59,842 nucleotides of DNA from an uncultured Gammaproteobacteria bacterium (GTDB taxonomy: Bacteria > Patescibacteriota > Microgenomatia > UBA8517), in contig CAZIPM010000003.1 of NCBI GenBank assembly GCA_964541395.1, positions 24,655-84,496 of the forward strand. Direction: 5' to 3'. A program made the translations under genes and the position numbers. Positions 58,312 to 59,842 of the stretch are shown here, piece by piece. The stretch's first letter is position 1; the number at the start of each line of letters is the position of its first letter. A model generated the notes under the pieces. That model searched no databases. It was not told where the DNA came from and saw nothing but the letters and a program-made list of their open reading frames with translations.

Positions 58312-59628
58312 TTAAACAGTATTCAAGGAGTCCAGAAACTCATCAATTCTTTCTAAAAGATAAAACGGCAAAGACAAAATCTTATATTTTTTACCACCAT
58401 AATTATATTCTTCAATTCCAAATGAGTCCCAAGAAACACGCACAGGAAAAACTTTGTCCCCTCCTATATCGATCATGCTAAATAAAGATTTTAAATTTTT
58501 GGTATTTCCTGATTTTACTTCGATACCCACTATTTTATCTTTATGTTGAAAACAAAAATCTACTTCTGCGCTCCCCTCATCTTTATTTCTTGACCAATAA
58601 ACTAATTCTTCACTTCTTCTTAAGCCTTTTGAAATCAAAATTTGACCTACTGATTGCTCCATTATTCTGCCTTTATATTCACCTTTTAAAATCTCAATAC
58701 TTATTCGGTTAATAAAATTAACAATTCCAACATCAAGCCAAATCATTTTCTTGGCTCTTTTAAATTTGTTAATAAAAGGTAAATTAATTGAGTTTATGGA
58801 AGGAATTTCTTTTAAGAGCATTACTTTTTGTAACATATTAATAGCTTCGCCAATTTCACGGCTCTTATATTCTGAGCCTCCAAAATTTTCATATTTATAA
58901 ACCCCTCCCGCAATTTTAGGGCCAAAATCCATAACTAATTCTAAATATTTTTTATTGGATGTAGTTGAATATTTGTCTAAATCTTCTTTATAAGATAAGA
59001 TTAATCTACTATGGATATCTTGTACTTTAATAAAACTATTATCCTTTACGAAACTTGAAACAGCTTCAGGCATACCACCGACCAATAAATAATTTTTGAA
59101 ATGATTTATTAACAAATCATGAGTTACCCTAAAATTATTTTTCTCTATAAATCTTTCTTGACCATGTGCTTGTAAAAATTCAAAAAAGGTCATTGGATAT
59201 AAATACATATACTCAACTCTTCCTACAGGAACACTCCATTTGCCTGCCATTTTAGCTTCAAGTAAGGACCCCGCAACAATTAAATGTAAATTAGGCTTAT
59301 CCTCTGCAAAAAATCTTAACAATTTTAAGGCTTCCAACGATTCTTGAATTTCATCTATAAAAAGGAGCGTTTTACCTTCTACAACAATTTCGTTTGTCAA
59401 AATTTCTGATCTTCTAATAAATTCTGAAACAGTATCAGCCCCTTCAAGAAATCTCTTTTGAGCTGATTGCTCAAGATTAATTTCAATTAAATTATCAAAA
59501 TTCTCTTCTGCAAATTTTCTCACAACTGATGTCTTTCCAACTTGTCTTGCTCCAGGCAATATTAATGGTTTTCGAATTGAAGATGTTTTCCATGCTTTGA
59601 GCTCATTTTCTATATTTCTTGTAAGCAT
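58312..59628 (-). CDS. AAA+ ATPase with DUF4143/PD-(D/E)xK-like C-terminus (COG1373 type)
   Basis: 438 aa. Walker A LPGARQVGKTS, Walker B LLFIDEIQ, C-terminal AEVDFCFQHKDKIVGIEVKS. Confidence 0.85.
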   Translation of the reverse strand: MLTRNIENELKAWKTSSIRKPLILPGARQVGKTSVVRKFAEENFDNLIEINLEQSAQKRFLEGADTVSEFIRRSEILTNEIVVEGKTLLFIDEIQESLEALKLLRFFAEDKPNLHLIVAGSLLEAKMAGKWSVPVGRVEYMYLYPMTFFEFLQAHGQERFIEKNNFRVTHDLLINHFKNYLLVGGMPEAVSSFVKDNSFIKVQDIHSRLILSYKEDLDKYSTTSNKKYLELVMDFGPKIAGGVYKYENFGGSEYKSREIGEAINMLQKVMLLKEIPSINSINLPFINKFKRAKKMIWLDVGIVNFINRISIEILKGEYKGRIMEQSVGQILISKGLRRSEELVYWSRNKDEGSAEVDFCFQHKDKIVGIEVKSGNTKNLKSLFSMIDIGGDKVFPVRVSWDSFGIEEYNYGGKKYKILSLPFYLLERIDEFLDSLNTV

Positions 59629-59634
59629 AGTATC

Positions 59635-59662
59635 AGTTTACTACATATTATACAATAAGCAA
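59635..59662 (-). promoter_or_regulatory. Sigma70-like promoter giving a leaderless mRNA for the 58312..59628 ATPase
   Basis: Minus strand: TTGCTT (59657-59662), 16 nt, TAAACT (59635-59640), 6 nt, ATG (59628). Confidence 0.45.
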
Positions 59663-59686
59663 GTACCAGTTTGTTACATGTAGTGG

Positions 59687-59842
59687 TTAGACGGTTTTGA
59701 GTGAGTCCAAAAACTCATCATTGGATTTTGTCTTTGCCAGTCTTTCCAGAAGTGTTTCTGTTCGTTCATCTTCCGATATCATATCAATCATGCGTCTTAA
59801 GGTGTTTACTTTTGCCAATTTTTCTCTACCAAAAAGTAGTTC
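59687..59842 (-). CDS. C-terminal fragment of an unidentified gene entering from the right edge
   Basis: Hand translation in frame from the window edge: ELLFGREKLAKVNTLRRMIDMISEDERTETLLERLAKTKSNDEFLDSLKTV, ending at TAA (59687-59689). That is 52 codons with no stop. Confidence 0.4.
   Translation of the reverse strand, partial: ELLFGREKLAKVNTLRRMIDMISEDERTETLLERLAKTKSNDEFLDSLKTV

Noticed and set aside
1-59842. Alternative genetic code (UGA or UAG reassignment, as in some CPR lineages).
   Set aside because: TGA terminates several well-delimited genes, including the ATGA-coupled junctions at 8664-8667 and 28881-28884. TAA and TAG are also used as stops. The only in-frame stop noticed (TAG at 9134-9136) is a single case in a toxin gene and is better explained as a pseudogene.

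Overview
The window is low-GC and densely coding, with almost every gene on the minus strand. No rRNA, tRNA or CRISPR array was recognised. The gene content resembles a small-genome, CPR/Patescibacteria-like bacterium; that placement is inference only.

**Left part (1-24.4 kb): cell-envelope glycan island.**
- Four GT4 glycosyltransferases and three SAM methyltransferases.
- A NodU/CmcH carbamoyltransferase, an SDR epimerase and a nucleotide-sugar dehydrogenase.
- Several large polytopic membrane proteins that look GT-C-like.
- The island is interrupted by a decayed HigB/HigA-like pair, an AbiEii-like pair with a tandem palindromic operator array, and a few hypothetical genes.

**Right part (27-52.6 kb): the unusual region.** Three giant paralogous genes (about 2,080-2,235 aa) each fuse five parts in one reading frame:
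1. An IS481-transposase-like HTH module.
2. A processive family-2 glycosyltransferase with the D / DxD / TED / QRxRW motifs.
3. Multiple transmembrane segments.
4. An ectodomain of more than 1,100 aa containing an Asp-box.
5. A tripartite C-terminal sorting signal: a VPE motif, a hydrophobic helix and a K/R tail.

Two of the three giants are followed immediately by a minimal (188 and 196 aa) exosortase/archaeosortase-like protein carrying the CxGxxS, NxxR and H motifs. AAA+/DUF4143-type ATPase genes sit between the modules. Giant 3 contains an internal GC-rich block of about 2.3 kb that contrasts sharply with its flanks.

**Right end (52.9-59.8 kb).**
- A cohesin-like surface protein with an IPETG-type sorting signal.
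- A clan GH-A glycoside hydrolase.
- A LysM-M23 peptidase.
- A fourth DUF4143-type ATPase.

Several genes show a TTGACx-N16/17-TAnnnT-N6/7-ATG layout, which suggests leaderless transcripts.

All functional calls come from motifs read by eye. No database search was run.
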